Numbered from the stretch's first letter, positions 45,772-59,574 are shown. The stretch is DNA of 64,000 bases from Escherichia coli (GCF_024298765.1 NZ_CP101210.1); one strand, 5' to 3'. Program-made: numbers and translations. The notes: generated from the letters alone by a model not told the origin.

Positions 45772-46098
45772 TTATTTGTTATTACTGCGAATTTCCTGCC
45801 AGACCTTATCACAATCGGCTTTCACCGCCTGATCATTTCCGGTTTGCGTTGCCTGAATACACTGCTGATAATCCAGTACGCGGACACTTTCCTGCTCGGC
45901 AAACTGCTGATGTTGTTTCTCTTTCTTCAGCACGTTTAACACGCTCTGGCAGGCTTCAATTTTTTCCGGCGAACCTTGCGCGGTGTTGATACAGGCGCTG
46001 TAAGCCTCTTTCAGACGACTGTCTTCCTGCGGTGCGGTTGATTGCGCACAAGCTACCAGCCCCGATGCCATCATGGCGATGAGAATCAGTTTTTTCAT
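45772..46098 (-). CDS. chiQ: chitooligosaccharide-associated lipoprotein
   Basis: 108 aa, lipobox LVAC, downstream of chiP. Confidence 0.8.
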   Translation of the reverse strand: MKKLILIAMMASGLVACAQSTAPQEDSRLKEAYSACINTAQGSPEKIEACQSVLNVLKKEKQHQQFAEQESVRVLDYQQCIQATQTGNDQAVKADCDKVWQEIRSNNK

Positions 46099-46147
46099 AG
46101 CAAATTCCTCAAACGTGCGGCAGGCACAAAACCTGCCGCGTCGGGCA

Positions 46148-47554
46148 TCAGAAGATGGTGAATGGTGCGATTACCATGAATTTCACGTCGCGCTCATCCT
46201 GGAAAATGTTGCCGTAACCACCGCCCCAGCTTGGGATGTCGGAGTGGTTGTCATATTCGGTGAAATGCAGTTTGAACATCGTGCCCTTGGCACGACCGTC
46301 CTGAATGGTGTAAACCGCATCCAGGCTGTAGGCAGACTCTTCAATAGTCCGGTTCTTGTCGTAGTACGCATCCGGATTGCTCTGCCAGGTCGCAGGTTTA
46401 GCATCCCATGCGTAAACGTAGGAAGCGCCGATGGCGAAGCCTGGAAGATTCCAGTTTTTCAGGTCATACATCGCACCGAAGAAGACCGCTTTTTCGCCGT
46501 TGGCGTTGAAGTCGGAACGGTTATCCCACCAGATATCCAGGCGACCGTTCGAGGAAGCGTAGGTTGGAGTCATACGTTGCAGGAAGTATCCTTGCTGACC
46601 GTCAGCCTTAACCCAGGTACCTTCGAGGCGCAAATCCACTACGTCAGCCGCCCGGTAACCAAAGGTCAACGCCTGCAGCCAGGCGGTGCCGTCATAAAGA
46701 TCGTTGATGCTGCGATCGTCAACTTTATCGCGCGTACCATAGAACTGGTAGCTGGTGGTTAACGGGCTACCGGCGATATCAAATTTGTAGCTGGCTTTGG
46801 CAAAATATTGATCGATATACCCTTCGGCCTGACCAAACGCCGCTTCCAGTACGAAGTTATTTTTGAAGTCGTACTTCGCCCCAAGGGAGTGTAGATAATC
46901 AACTTTGGTGGTTTTATCGTTCTGATAAAACTCATCCATTTCCAGATGCCACGGTGCTTTGTATTCGTTGGTCCACATGTAGGAGAAACTCAACGCACCA
47001 GCATCGCCGTAATCAAAATTCGCCCCGGCCTCCGCCCCCTGATAAGTACCCGGCATAAAGCTCCAGTGTGGCGCTAACAGCGTCTGACCGGTTGGCTGAA
47101 TATAACCTGCCCTCGCCCAAACCGGACCGTATTTAAATTTGGCCGCTGCTTTATACAGGCTTATACCGCTTTTATCGCCGGACCAGTCTTCGTCATAGGC
47201 TTTATTACTTTTTGAAAACGCGATTTCGTTCGGGTGAGAGCTGTCGCCGTTTTCCGCCATTTCAATCGCCGTAAACACGGCAATATCAAGGCCGAACATA
47301 TCAGCAGCATAACCAGACTGAAAATCGAGGTTGGCGTTCCAGGTGGAGTGAGAAAGGTTGGTTTTGTATTTATCGCCGTCGGTAACATCTTTACGGTCGC
47401 GTTCACGCTGCCAGTAATAGATACCGCCGGTTAAGGTTGAATCGTCGATGAATCCTTCGGCGCGAGCCTCCGGAATTGCCATAAAGCCCGACATAGCTGT
47501 AACACCGGCGATAGCCAGCGCCAGCGTACTACGTTTGCCACTAAACGTACGCAT
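46148..47554 (-). CDS. chiP: chitoporin (OprD-family outer membrane porin)
   Basis: 468 aa with signal peptide and C-terminal ...APFTIF beta-barrel signature. Confidence 0.9.
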   Translation of the reverse strand: MRTFSGKRSTLALAIAGVTAMSGFMAIPEARAEGFIDDSTLTGGIYYWQRERDRKDVTDGDKYKTNLSHSTWNANLDFQSGYAADMFGLDIAVFTAIEMAENGDSSHPNEIAFSKSNKAYDEDWSGDKSGISLYKAAAKFKYGPVWARAGYIQPTGQTLLAPHWSFMPGTYQGAEAGANFDYGDAGALSFSYMWTNEYKAPWHLEMDEFYQNDKTTKVDYLHSLGAKYDFKNNFVLEAAFGQAEGYIDQYFAKASYKFDIAGSPLTTSYQFYGTRDKVDDRSINDLYDGTAWLQALTFGYRAADVVDLRLEGTWVKADGQQGYFLQRMTPTYASSNGRLDIWWDNRSDFNANGEKAVFFGAMYDLKNWNLPGFAIGASYVYAWDAKPATWQSNPDAYYDKNRTIEESAYSLDAVYTIQDGRAKGTMFKLHFTEYDNHSDIPSWGGGYGNIFQDERDVKFMVIAPFTIF

Positions 47555-48001
47555 GGGTTAATCCTCTTTGACGTATAAATTGCTGCACCAAAGGTGAACA
47601 GCGAAAAAAATAAAAATTAAAAAAATAGCGTTGAGAAAAGTCTCGCTGACTACAGGAACAGACTATTTTTCGCGACGCGAATTATCAATCTCTTTCTGTA
47701 ACCAGAATGTAAGAACATGAGCAACCGCACATATTTTGATGATTTTTGTTACAAGGCTTAAGTTTGCGGTTGAAAGGCTTGCAGAAGAATAAAAGCGTGA
47801 AATTCCAGCAAGATGAAAGCGGTTACATTTTATTTAATTATGTTTTGTGATTTTAAATTTATTTTATGGATAAATTGCGAAGCGGAATTAATTCGCGAAG
47901 AAAAGCAGAAAAAACGCCGCAGAGCGCGGCGTTTGGGATTGTTTGCATGTTTCTTGCCGGATGCGGCGTAAATGCCTCACCCGGCCTGGTAGAACTTAAA
48001 A

Positions 48002-49666
48002 TTACTCGCCTACTTTCGCCCAGGTATCACGCAGCCCAACGGTGCGGTTAAATACCGGTTTTTCCGCCGTAGAATGGCGGCTGTCGAGGCAGAAGTAACC
48101 TTCACGCTCAAACTGGAATGCTTTACCCGCTACCGCGTCTTTCAGCGACGGTTCAGCGAAACCCTGTTTGATCACCAGCGATTCCGGGTTAATCACCGAC
48201 AGGAAATCATCCGCAGCACCTGGGTTAGGCACGCTGAACAGACGGTCATACAAACGGATTTCAACCGGCAGCGCATGTGCCGCGCTCACCCAGTGAATAA
48301 CACCTTTCACTTTACGACCATCTGCCGGATCTTTGCTTAAGGTGTCGGCGTCATAAGTACAGAAGATGGTGGTGATATTGCCTTCGGCATCTTTCTCCAC
48401 GCGTTCAGCCTTAATGACGTAAGCATTACGCAGACGCACTTCTTTACCCAGCACCAGACGTTTGTACTGCTTGTTAGCTTCTTCGCGGAAATCGGCGCGA
48501 TCGATCCAAATCTCACCGCTAAACGGCACCTGACGGCTCCCCATTTCCGGTTTGTTCGGATGGTTCGGCATGGTGACCATTTCGCCTTCGCCCTGATAGT
48601 TTTCGATAACCAGTTTCACCGGATCGATAACCGCCATTGCGCGCGGAGCGTTTTCGTTGAGATCTTCACGGATGCAGGATTCCAGCGACGCCATTTCAAT
48701 GGTGTTGTCCTGCTTGGTCACGCCGATGCGTTTGCAGAACTCACGAATAGAAGCCGCAGTGTAACCACGACGACGCAGACCGGAAATGGTCGGCATACGC
48801 GGGTCATCCCAGCCTTCAACGTGCTTGTCGGTCACCAGCAGGTTCAGCTTACGCTTGGACATCACAGTGTATTCCAGATTCAGGCGCGAGAATTCGTACT
48901 GGCGCGGGTGAACAGGAATGGTGATGTTGTCCAGCACCCAGTCGTACAGGCGACGGTTGTCCTGGAACTCAAGCGTACACAGAGAGTGCGTAATACCTTC
49001 CAGCGCATCGCTGATGCAATGGGTGAAGTCGTACATCGGGTAGATGCACCACTTGTTGCCAGTCTGGTGGTGTTCAGCAAATTTAATGCGGTACAGCACC
49101 GGATCGCGCATTACGATAAATGGCGACGCCATGTCGATTTTCGCACGCAGGCAGGCTTTACCTTCTTCAAAACTACCGGTACGCATTTTTTCGAACAGCG
49201 CCAGGTTCTCTTCAACGCTGCGGTCGCGGTACGGGCTGTTTTTACCCGGCTGCGTCAGGGTGCCGCGGTATTCGCGGATCTGTTCCGGTGTCAGTTCATC
49301 AACGTACGCCAGGCCTTTATTGATCAGTTCGATCGCATAGGCGTGGAGCTGATCAAAATAATCGGAGGAGTAACGGACGTTACCAGACCAGTGAAAACCT
49401 AACCACTCAACGTCGTTTTTGATCGACTCAACATACTCGATATCTTCTTTTACCGGGTTAGTGTCGTCGAAACGCAGGTTGCACTGGCCTTTATAGTCCT
49501 GGGCGATCCCGAAGTTCAGGCAGATAGATTTCGCATGGCCAATATGCAGATAGCCATTCGGCTCCGGCGGGAAACGGGTGTGTACTGTGGTGTGCTTACC
49601 ACTGGCCAGATCTTCATCGATGATCTGACGAATAAAGTTAGTCGGGCGGGCTTCTGCCTCACTCAT
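48002..49666 (-). CDS. glnS: glutaminyl-tRNA synthetase
   Basis: 554 aa, HIGH motif ([11 protein letters not shown]) and VMSKR. Confidence 0.95.
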   Translation of the reverse strand: MSEAEARPTNFIRQIIDEDLASGKHTTVHTRFPPEPNGYLHIGHAKSICLNFGIAQDYKGQCNLRFDDTNPVKEDIEYVESIKNDVEWLGFHWSGNVRYSSDYFDQLHAYAIELINKGLAYVDELTPEQIREYRGTLTQPGKNSPYRDRSVEENLALFEKMRTGSFEEGKACLRAKIDMASPFIVMRDPVLYRIKFAEHHQTGNKWCIYPMYDFTHCISDALEGITHSLCTLEFQDNRRLYDWVLDNITIPVHPRQYEFSRLNLEYTVMSKRKLNLLVTDKHVEGWDDPRMPTISGLRRRGYTAASIREFCKRIGVTKQDNTIEMASLESCIREDLNENAPRAMAVIDPVKLVIENYQGEGEMVTMPNHPNKPEMGSRQVPFSGEIWIDRADFREEANKQYKRLVLGKEVRLRNAYVIKAERVEKDAEGNITTIFCTYDADTLSKDPADGRKVKGVIHWVSAAHALPVEIRLYDRLFSVPNPGAADDFLSVINPESLVIKQGFAEPSLKDAVAGKAFQFEREGYFCLDSRHSTAEKPVFNRTVGLRDTWAKVGE

Positions 49667-49868
49667 CGTGGATTCCTCAAAGCGTAAACAACGTATAACG
49701 GCGTATGATCTTATAAGCGGGACAGGCTGACAACTGTTAGTTAGTGAAAATCGAAAATCTCACTGAGATTATGGGGATGATTGATGAAAAAAAAAGCGGC
49801 AGAGAAGATCTCCACCGCTTGTCATTGTTGGATGCGACGCTCAAGCGTCGCATCAGGCATAAAGCAGA

Positions 49869-51815
49869 TTACTTTTTGATTTCATACAGCGGTGTTTGAC
49901 CCGCCACAACATGGCCCTGAGCTTTAATGATCAGGCCGCTGAAATCGTCGATATTGCTGCAAACCACCGGGCTAATCATCGAGCGGGCGTTAGCGTTCAG
50001 GTAATCCAGATCCATTTCCAGAATCGGTTGTCCTGCGCTTACCTGCGCGCCCTCTTCCACCAGACGTTTAAAGCCTTTACCTTCCAGCGCTACGGTGTCG
50101 ATACCCATATGGACGACGATCTCCGCGCCTTTTTCGGTTTCCAGACAGAACGCGTGGTTGGTGTTGAAGATTTTCACGATTGTCCCTGCGGCTGGTGATA
50201 CGACGATTTTATCTGTCGGTTTCACCGCCACACCGTCACCCACCGCTTTGCTGGCGAATGCTTCGTCAGGAACCTGATCCAGTGCCACAACATCACCGGT
50301 AATCGGCGATACCAGCTCCGCGATAGACACCGCGTTTGGTACAGCCTGCGGTTTTGCTACAGGCGCGGCAGTTGCAGGCGCAGTTTCAGCTGACGCAGCG
50401 GCTACCGGACCACGGGCAACGACTTTCTTCATCGCATCGCCGATGGATTCTGCTTTCGCGCCCACAATCACCTGAATAGTCTGTTTGTTCAGTTTTACTA
50501 CCCCAGAAGCCCCCAGACGTTTACACATCACATCGTTGACGCGAGCTGAGTCAACCACGGTAAGGCGCAGACGAGTAATACAGGCGTCAATGGCTTTCAG
50601 GTTGTCAGTACCGCCAACCGCAGCAATATAGTTGGTTGCCAGTTGATTGAGACCTTCTTCCGTGTTGCTGTTGGCTTCTTCAGTAACGATCTCGTCTTCT
50701 TTATCTTCACGGCCCGGCGTTTTCAGGTTGAACATGCGGATAACCAAACTGAACACCACGAAGTAGATAGCGAAGAAGACAACACCCATCACCAGCAGCA
50801 TCCAGACGTTCTGGCTGGCGGCCGGCAGGTTATACATCAACGCGTAGTCGATAGCCCCCGCAGAGAAGGAGAAGCCCGCGTGGATACCCAGCAGCGTTGC
50901 CACAAACAGGCTGATACCGGTCAGCAGTGCGTGCAGGAGGTACAGCAGCGGCGCAAGGAACATGAACAGGAATTCCAGCGGCTCAGTCACACCGGTCAGG
51001 AACGCAGTAACAGCAACAGAAAGCAGCATACCGCCAACCATCGGACGACGCTCTTTCGGTGCTGCAAAGTACATCGCCAGCGCCGCACCCGGCAGACCGA
51101 ACATCATGATCGGGAAGAAGCCGGACATGAACATCCCCGCGGTGCCGTCACCGGCATAGAAGCGGTTAATGTCGCCGTGGAAAACCGTACCCGCCGCGTT
51201 GGTGAATTCACCAATCTGGAACCAGGCGATGGTGTTCAGTACCTGATGCAGACCGGTTGGGATCAGCAGACGGTTGATGAAACCAAAGATACCGGAACCC
51301 AGCGCGCCCGCAGAAACGATCCACTCGCCGCCTGCATGGATAGCGTGCTGTACCGGCGGCCAGACGTAACCAAAAATGGCCGCCAGCACCAGGCAGAAGA
51401 AGCCGGTGGCAATCGGCACAAAGCGTTTGCCGCCGAAGAAGCTCAGGAAGTCCGGCAGTTTAATATCGGACCAACGGTTATAGGCTGCACCACCGACCAG
51501 ACCGGTAATGATACCCGCCAGTACACCCATGTTAATTTCCGGGTTGATGGTCACCATCGCTTTGGTTAACACAAAGTAACCTACCGCACCCGCCAGTGCC
51601 GCCGCACCTGCGCTGTCTTTCGACCAGCTGGATGCCACGCCGATGGCGAAGATTAATGCGAGGTTATCAAAAATCGCACCGCCCGCCTGGGCAATAAACG
51701 CAACGTTAAGTAAATCTGGCTGACCGAATCGCAGCAACAGCGCCGCCACCGGCAGCACCGCGATAGGGAGCTGTAACGCCCTACCGAGTCGCTGGAAAAA
51801 ACCTAAAATATTCAT
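49869..51815 (-). CDS. nagE: PTS N-acetylglucosamine-specific EIICBA
   Basis: 648 aa, recognised by sequence. Confidence 0.95.
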   Translation of the reverse strand: MNILGFFQRLGRALQLPIAVLPVAALLLRFGQPDLLNVAFIAQAGGAIFDNLALIFAIGVASSWSKDSAGAAALAGAVGYFVLTKAMVTINPEINMGVLAGIITGLVGGAAYNRWSDIKLPDFLSFFGGKRFVPIATGFFCLVLAAIFGYVWPPVQHAIHAGGEWIVSAGALGSGIFGFINRLLIPTGLHQVLNTIAWFQIGEFTNAAGTVFHGDINRFYAGDGTAGMFMSGFFPIMMFGLPGAALAMYFAAPKERRPMVGGMLLSVAVTAFLTGVTEPLEFLFMFLAPLLYLLHALLTGISLFVATLLGIHAGFSFSAGAIDYALMYNLPAASQNVWMLLVMGVVFFAIYFVVFSLVIRMFNLKTPGREDKEDEIVTEEANSNTEEGLNQLATNYIAAVGGTDNLKAIDACITRLRLTVVDSARVNDVMCKRLGASGVVKLNKQTIQVIVGAKAESIGDAMKKVVARGPVAAASAETAPATAAPVAKPQAVPNAVSIAELVSPITGDVVALDQVPDEAFASKAVGDGVAVKPTDKIVVSPAAGTIVKIFNTNHAFCLETEKGAEIVVHMGIDTVALEGKGFKRLVEEGAQVSAGQPILEMDLDYLNANARSMISPVVCSNIDDFSGLIIKAQGHVVAGQTPLYEIKK

Positions 51816-51938
51816 CTTATTCCCCCTACGAGAACCCTATTTGGCTCGTTTAAAGCCGTATTTTTATTTTGCTGCAAATTGTACTGCCGATGTTCTGTAA
51901 TCAGATTGTTAGATCATCTGCTACAGAGTGTGTGAAAA

Positions 51939-51961
51939 TTTAATTCGTATCGCAAATTAAA
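51939..51961. promoter_or_regulatory. palindromic operator-like site in nagE-nagB divergent intergenic region (candidate NagC site)
   Basis: tttaattcgtatcgcaaattaaa near-palindrome in the 332-bp divergent region. Confidence 0.45.
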
Positions 51962-52147
51962 CGCGTGTCTTTTGTGAGTTTTGTCACCAAATATCGTTAT
52001 CATCACTCCCTTTTACTGGCTAAACCAGAAAACTTATTTTATCATTCAAAAAATCAGGTCGGATTGACGCCTGTCTGCGCAAATCCAGGTTACGCTTAAA
52101 GATGCCTAATCCGCCAACGGCTTACATTTTACTTATTGAGGTGAATA

Positions 52148-54156
<2,009 letters not shown>

Positions 54157-54164
54157 GAGAAAGT

Positions 54165-55385
54165 ATGACACCAGGCGGACAAGCTCAGATAGGTAATGTT
54201 GATCTCGTAAAACAGCTTAACAGCGCGGCGGTTTATCGCCTGATTGACCAGTACGGGCCAATCTCGCGGATTCAGATTGCCGAGCAAAGCCAGCTTGCCC
54301 CCGCCAGCGTAACCAAAATTACGCGTCAGCTTATCGAACGCGGGTTGATCAAAGAAGTTGATCAGCAGGCCTCCACCGGGGGCCGCCGCGCTATCTCTAT
54401 TGTCACCGAAACCCGCAATTTCCACGCAATCGGCGTACGGCTTGGTCGTCACGACGCCACCATCACTTTGTTTGATCTCAGTAGCAAAGTGCTGGCAGAA
54501 GAACATTACCCGCTGCCGGAACGTACCCAGCAGACGCTGGAACATGCCCTGCTGAATGCCATTGCTCAGTTTATTGATAGCTACCAGCGCAAGCTGCGCG
54601 AGCTGATCGCCATTTCCGTGATCCTGCCAGGGCTTGTTGACCCGGACAGCGGCAAAATTCATTACATGCCGCATATTCAGGTAGAAAACTGGGGGCTGGT
54701 AGAAGCACTGGAAGAACGTTTTAAAGTGACCTGTTTCGTCGGTCACGATATCCGTAGTCTGGCGCTAGCGGAGCACTACTTCGGTGCAAGTCAGGATTGC
54801 GAAGACTCCATTCTGGTGCGTGTACATCGCGGAACCGGGGCCGGGATTATCTCTAACGGGCGCATTTTTATTGGCCGCAACGGTAACGTCGGTGAAATTG
54901 GCCATATTCAGGTCGAACCGCTGGGTGAACGCTGCCACTGTGGCAACTTTGGCTGCCTGGAAACTATCGCTGCCAACGCTGCCATTGAACAACGGGTGTT
55001 GAATCTGTTAAAGCAGGGCTACCAGAGCCGCGTGCCGCTGGACGACTGCACCATAAAAACTATCTGCAAAGCTGCGAACAAAGGCGATAGCCTGGCGTCG
55101 GAAGTGATTGAGTATGTCGGTCGTCATCTGGGCAAAACCATCGCCATTGCCATCAACCTGTTTAACCCGCAAAAAATTGTTATTGCCGGAGAAATCACCG
55201 AAGCCGATAAAGTGCTGCTCCCTGCTATTGAAAGCTGCATTAATACCCAGGCGCTGAAGGCGTTTCGCACTAATCTGCCGGTGGTACGTTCTGAGCTGGA
55301 TCACCGCTCGGCAATCGGCGCTTTTGCGCTGGTAAAACGCGCCATGCTCAACGGTATTTTGCTCCAGCATTTGCTGGAAAATTAA
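54165..55385 (+). CDS. nagC: ROK-family transcriptional regulator NagC
   Basis: 406 aa. Confidence 0.95.
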   Translation: MTPGGQAQIGNVDLVKQLNSAAVYRLIDQYGPISRIQIAEQSQLAPASVTKITRQLIERGLIKEVDQQASTGGRRAISIVTETRNFHAIGVRLGRHDATITLFDLSSKVLAEEHYPLPERTQQTLEHALLNAIAQFIDSYQRKLRELIAISVILPGLVDPDSGKIHYMPHIQVENWGLVEALEERFKVTCFVGHDIRSLALAEHYFGASQDCEDSILVRVHRGTGAGIISNGRIFIGRNGNVGEIGHIQVEPLGERCHCGNFGCLETIAANAAIEQRVLNLLKQGYQSRVPLDDCTIKTICKAANKGDSLASEVIEYVGRHLGKTIAIAINLFNPQKIVIAGEITEADKVLLPAIESCINTQALKAFRTNLPVVRSELDHRSAIGAFALVKRAMLNGILLQHLLEN

Positions 55386-55432
55386 TGTGCTTTTATAGTG
55401 GCGCTTATTGTTGTCAATATTCTGGGTAGTCC

Positions 55433-56185
55433 ATGACCATTAAAAATGTAATTTGCGATATCGACGGCGTGCTGATGCACGATAACGTCGCCGTACCGGG
55501 TGCAGCGGAATTTTTGCACGGGATTATGGATAAAGGCCTGCCGCTGGTGTTGCTGACCAACTATCCTTCGCAGACCGGGCAAGATCTGGCGAATCGCTTT
55601 GCCACTGCCGGTGTCGATGTACCGGATAGCGTGTTTTATACCTCCGCGATGGCGACCGCCGATTTCCTGCGTCGCCAGGAAGGCAAGAAAGCATATGTGG
55701 TGGGCGAAGGCGCACTGATTCATGAACTGTACAAAGCCGGTTTCACTATTACCGATGTGAACCCTGATTTTGTGATTGTTGGCGAAACGCGTTCCTACAA
55801 CTGGGACATGATGCATAAAGCAGCCTATTTCGTCGCTAACGGTGCACGCTTTATCGCCACCAACCCGGACACCCACGGGCGCGGTTTTTATCCGGCCTGT
55901 GGCGCGTTGTGTGCAGGGATCGAGAAAATCTCCGGGCGCAAACCGTTCTATGTTGGAAAGCCGAGTCCGTGGATCATCCGCGCGGCATTAAACAAAATGC
56001 AGGCGCATTCGGAAGAAACGGTGATTGTCGGCGATAACTTGCGTACCGATATTCTGGCGGGCTTCCAGGCCGGTCTGGAGACGATTCTGGTGCTTTCTGG
56101 TGTTTCGTCACTCGACGATATCGACAGTATGCCGTTCCGCCCAAGCTGGATTTACCCGTCGGTCGCTGAAATCGACGTTATCTGA
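55433..56185 (+). CDS. nagD: HAD-family UMP phosphatase
   Basis: 250 aa, DIDGVL HAD motif. Confidence 0.9.
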   Translation: MTIKNVICDIDGVLMHDNVAVPGAAEFLHGIMDKGLPLVLLTNYPSQTGQDLANRFATAGVDVPDSVFYTSAMATADFLRRQEGKKAYVVGEGALIHELYKAGFTITDVNPDFVIVGETRSYNWDMMHKAAYFVANGARFIATNPDTHGRGFYPACGALCAGIEKISGRKPFYVGKPSPWIIRAALNKMQAHSEETVIVGDNLRTDILAGFQAGLETILVLSGVSSLDDIDSMPFRPSWIYPSVAEIDVI

Positions 56186-56214
56186 ATAGCAACCACGTCT
56201 GCGGACGTGGTTGG

Positions 56215-56340
56215 CTCTGATGACAAGCGCCAAACTGCCTGATGCGCTACGCTTATCAGGCCTACGCAGCTCCTGCAATATATCGAATTTTCATGCTTTT
56301 GTAGGCCGGATAAGGCGTTCACGCCGCATCCGGCATGAAC
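56215..56340. repeat. REP elements
   Basis: gcctgatgcgctacgcttatcaggcctac and taggccggataaggcgttcacgccgcatccggc. Confidence 0.55.
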
Positions 56341-56581
56341 AAATCGCACTTTGTCAGCAATTTGGCTCCCGTAAAATACAACCATTCAATAAAACCCGCT
56401 AAAAATTATCGATTCATCAATAATTACATCCTCACACCAGACCTTTTTTCATCAATCGACAATCACCATTACGTTTTTTATTTTTTCACCGCCAAATCGC
56501 TTGCGCACAGTGCTGCTTTGCGGCATTTTTTTAAACAAGCAAACACAACAAGCAACAAATACCAGGTTAACGGAGAAGGTT

Positions 56582-58246
56582 ATGTGTTCAATTTTTGGCG
56601 TATTCGATATCAAAACAGACGCAGTTGAGCTGCGCAAGAAAGCACTCGAGCTGTCACGCCTGATGCGTCATCGTGGCCCGGACTGGTCCGGTATTTATGC
56701 CAGCGATAACGCCATTCTCGCCCACGAACGTCTGTCCATTGTTGACGTTAACGCGGGGGCGCAACCTCTCTACAACCAACAAAAAACCCACGTGCTGGCA
56801 GTAAACGGTGAAATCTACAACCACCAGGCATTGCGCGCTGAATATGGCGATCGTTACCAGTTCCAGACCGGGTCTGACTGTGAAGTGATCCTCGCGCTGT
56901 ATCAGGAAAAAGGGCCGGAATTTCTCGACGACTTGCAGGGCATGTTTGCCTTTGCCCTGTACGACAGCGAAAAAGATGCCTACCTGATTGGTCGCGACCA
57001 TCTGGGGATCATCCCACTGTATATGGGCTATGACGAACATGGTCAGCTGTATGTGGCCTCAGAAATGAAAGCCCTGGTGCCGGTATGCCGCACGATTAAA
57101 GAGTTCCCGGCGGGGAGCTATTTGTGGAGTCAGGACGGCGAGATCCGTTCTTATTATCACCGCGACTGGTTCGACTACGATGCGGTGAAAGATAACGTGA
57201 CCGACAAAAACGAGCTGCGTCAGGCACTGGAAGAATCCGTTAAAAGCCATCTGATGTCTGATGTGCCTTACGGTGTGCTGCTATCTGGTGGCCTGGATTC
57301 CTCAATTATTTCCGCTATCACCAAGAAATACGCAGCCCGTCGCGTGGAAGATCAGGAACGCTCTGAAGCCTGGTGGCCGCAGCTGCACTCCTTTGCTGTA
57401 GGTCTGCCGGGTTCACCGGATCTGAAGGCAGCCCAGGAAGTGGCAAACCATCTGGGCACTGTGCATCATGAAATTCACTTCACTGTACAGGAAGGTCTGG
57501 ACGCCATCCGCGACGTGATTTACCACATCGAAACCTATGACGTGACGACAATCCGCGCTTCAACACCGATGTATTTAATGTCGCGTAAGATCAAGGCGAT
57601 GGGCATTAAAATGGTGCTGTCCGGTGAAGGATCTGATGAAGTGTTTGGCGGTTATCTATACTTCCACAAAGCGCCGAATGCCAAAGAACTGCATGAAGAG
57701 ACGGTGCGTAAACTGCTGGCCCTGCATATGTATGACTGCGCGCGTGCCAACAAAGCGATGTCAGCCTGGGGCGTGGAAGCACGCGTTCCGTTCCTCGACA
57801 AAAAATTCCTCGACGTGGCGATGCGCATTAACCCACAGGATAAAATGTGCGGTAACGGCAAAATGGAAAAACACATCCTGCGTGAATGTTTTGAAGCGTA
57901 TCTGCCCGCAAGCGTGGCCTGGCGGCAGAAAGAGCAGTTCTCCGATGGCGTCGGTTACAGTTGGATCGACACCCTGAAAGAAGTGGCGGCGCAGCAGGTT
58001 TCTGATCAACAGCTGGAAACTGCCCGCTTCCGCTTCCCGTACAACACGCCGACGTCCAAAGAAGCGTATCTGTACCGCGAGATCTTTGAAGAACTGTTCC
58101 CGCTTCCGAGCGCCGCTGAGTGCGTGCCGGGCGGTCCTTCCGTCGCGTGTTCTTCCGCTAAAGCGATCGAATGGGATGAAGCGTTCAAAAAAATGGACGA
58201 TCCATCTGGTCGTGCGGTTGGTGTTCACCAGTCGGCGTATAAGTAA
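56582..58246 (+). CDS. asnB: asparagine synthetase B (glutamine-hydrolysing)
   Basis: 554 aa from MCSIFGVFDIK within ORF 56501..58246. Confidence 0.95.
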   Translation: MCSIFGVFDIKTDAVELRKKALELSRLMRHRGPDWSGIYASDNAILAHERLSIVDVNAGAQPLYNQQKTHVLAVNGEIYNHQALRAEYGDRYQFQTGSDCEVILALYQEKGPEFLDDLQGMFAFALYDSEKDAYLIGRDHLGIIPLYMGYDEHGQLYVASEMKALVPVCRTIKEFPAGSYLWSQDGEIRSYYHRDWFDYDAVKDNVTDKNELRQALEESVKSHLMSDVPYGVLLSGGLDSSIISAITKKYAARRVEDQERSEAWWPQLHSFAVGLPGSPDLKAAQEVANHLGTVHHEIHFTVQEGLDAIRDVIYHIETYDVTTIRASTPMYLMSRKIKAMGIKMVLSGEGSDEVFGGYLYFHKAPNAKELHEETVRKLLALHMYDCARANKAMSAWGVEARVPFLDKKFLDVAMRINPQDKMCGNGKMEKHILRECFEAYLPASVAWRQKEQFSDGVGYSWIDTLKEVAAQQVSDQQLETARFRFPYNTPTSKEAYLYREIFEELFPLPSAAECVPGGPSVACSSAKAIEWDEAFKKMDDPSGRAVGVHQSAYK

Positions 58247-58255
58247 GAAATGCGA

Positions 58256-58286
58256 AACAGCCCCGGTAAAATCCGGGGCTGTTTCA
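58256..58286. terminator. bidirectional hairpin terminator
   Basis: aaacagccccggtaaaatccggggctgttt between convergent asnB and 58288..58725. Confidence 0.6.
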
Positions 58287-58287
58287 G

Positions 58288-58725
58288 TTATTGAGGTGCT
58301 TGTTGATTCTGATATGCAGTAAGGAAATGTTCCGGGTTTGCCACATCACTGTTTGACAACTCATCACTGTAGGCCACCGACCAGGTCGCCTGCTCATTCG
58401 GAATATGCAGGCTGCCATTCCCCTCTTTCAGGCGTAATAACTCAAAAGATTTGCCCTTAATTACGGCGGTATAGGATTTTTCACCTTCCTGTAATGCTTT
58501 CACTTTACAGCGAAAAATCTGGCCATCGATGTCATTATCAACATGCGATACCTGAATGAGGGCTTCATTAGAGGCTTTCGGCCCTATCCGCATCATCCAC
58601 ACCACAGCGCCTTCCTGCCCACGATAGCCAAAAACATATTTACCGATTTCCGGTTTGACCGTATCGGCAAACGCAGATTGCATAAGTAATAACGCACCCA
58701 TCAGCGCCGTCATAAAACGCAGCAT
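58288..58725 (-). CDS. small secreted protein of unknown function
   Basis: 145 aa, signal peptide MLRFMTALMGALLLMQSAFA, GAGGG Shine-Dalgarno about 7 nt upstream. Confidence 0.55.
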   Translation of the reverse strand: MLRFMTALMGALLLMQSAFADTVKPEIGKYVFGYRGQEGAVVWMMRIGPKASNEALIQVSHVDNDIDGQIFRCKVKALQEGEKSYTAVIKGKSFELLRLKEGNGSLHIPNEQATWSVAYSDELSNSDVANPEHFLTAYQNQQAPQ

Positions 58726-58988
58726 AGTATTCCCTCAATAAATCGCCTGAAGTGGTAGCAGAGATGCAGGCGTAGCGATCCCTGCCCTGTCCTGTTGCAA
58801 CGGGCCAGTATTTCATAGATTAATTTCCCACCACTATTGTAGAATTCCGAATTTCATCCTGTATGACAAAAGAATGGCTGTAGGGTGGGGAAAAAACACA
58901 AAGTAAACAATAATTGACGAATATAGCGCCATGCTGTTCGCAACCTAACCAAACAGTCACTTTCGAGCAATTTTCCTTGAAAAAGAGG

Positions 58989-59017
58989 TTGACGCTGCAA
59001 GGCTCTATACGCATAAT
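58989..59017 (+). promoter_or_regulatory. sigma70 promoter of tRNA operon
   Basis: TTGACG, 17-bp spacer, CATAAT, then GC-rich discriminator gcgccccgc. Confidence 0.5.
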
Positions 59018-59056
59018 GCGCCCCGCAACGCCGATAAGGTATCGCGAAAAAAAGAT

Positions 59057-59133
59057 GGCTACGTAGCTCAGTTGGTTAGAGCACATCACTCATAATGATG
59101 GGGTCACAGGTTCGAATCCCGTCGTAGCCACCA
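59057..59133 (+). tRNA. metT: tRNA-Met (CAU, elongator)
   Basis: ggctacgtagctcagttggttagagc...cca, anticodon loop ctCATaa. Confidence 0.9.
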
Positions 59134-59142
59134 TCTTTTTTT

Positions 59143-59227
59143 GCGGGAGTGGCGAAATTGGTAGACGCACCAGATTTAGGTTCTGGCGCCGCAAGGTGTG
59201 CGAGTTCAAGTCTCGCCTCCCGCACCA
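59143..59227 (+). tRNA. leuW: tRNA-Leu (UAG)
   Basis: 85 nt with long variable arm, anticodon TAG. Confidence 0.85.
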
Positions 59228-59250
59228 TTCACCAGAAAGCGTTGTACGGA

Positions 59251-59325
59251 TGGGGTATCGCCAAGCGGTAAGGCACCGGTTTTTGATACCGGCATTCCCT
59301 GGTTCAAATCCAGGTACCCCAGCCA
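59251..59325 (+). tRNA. glnU: tRNA-Gln (UUG)
   Basis: tggggtatcgccaagcggtaagg..., anticodon TTG. Confidence 0.9.
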
Positions 59326-59359
59326 TCTTCTTCGAGTAAGCGGTTCACCGCCCGGTTAT

Positions 59360-59434
59360 TGGGGTATCGCCAAGCGGTAAGGCACCGGTTTTTGATACCG
59401 GCATTCCCTGGTTCGAATCCAGGTACCCCAGCCA
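59360..59434 (+). tRNA. glnW: tRNA-Gln (UUG)
   Basis: Second copy, one T-arm difference. Confidence 0.9.
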
Positions 59435-59449
59435 TCGAAGAAACAATCT

Positions 59450-59526
59450 GGCTACGTAGCTCAGTTGGTTAGAGCACATCACTCATAATGATGGGGTCAC
59501 AGGTTCGAATCCCGTCGTAGCCACCA
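59450..59526 (+). tRNA. metU: tRNA-Met (CAU, elongator)
   Basis: Same sequence as metT. Confidence 0.9.
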
Positions 59527-59574
59527 AATTCTGAATGTGTCGAATATGTTCGGCAAATTCAAAAACCAATTTGT

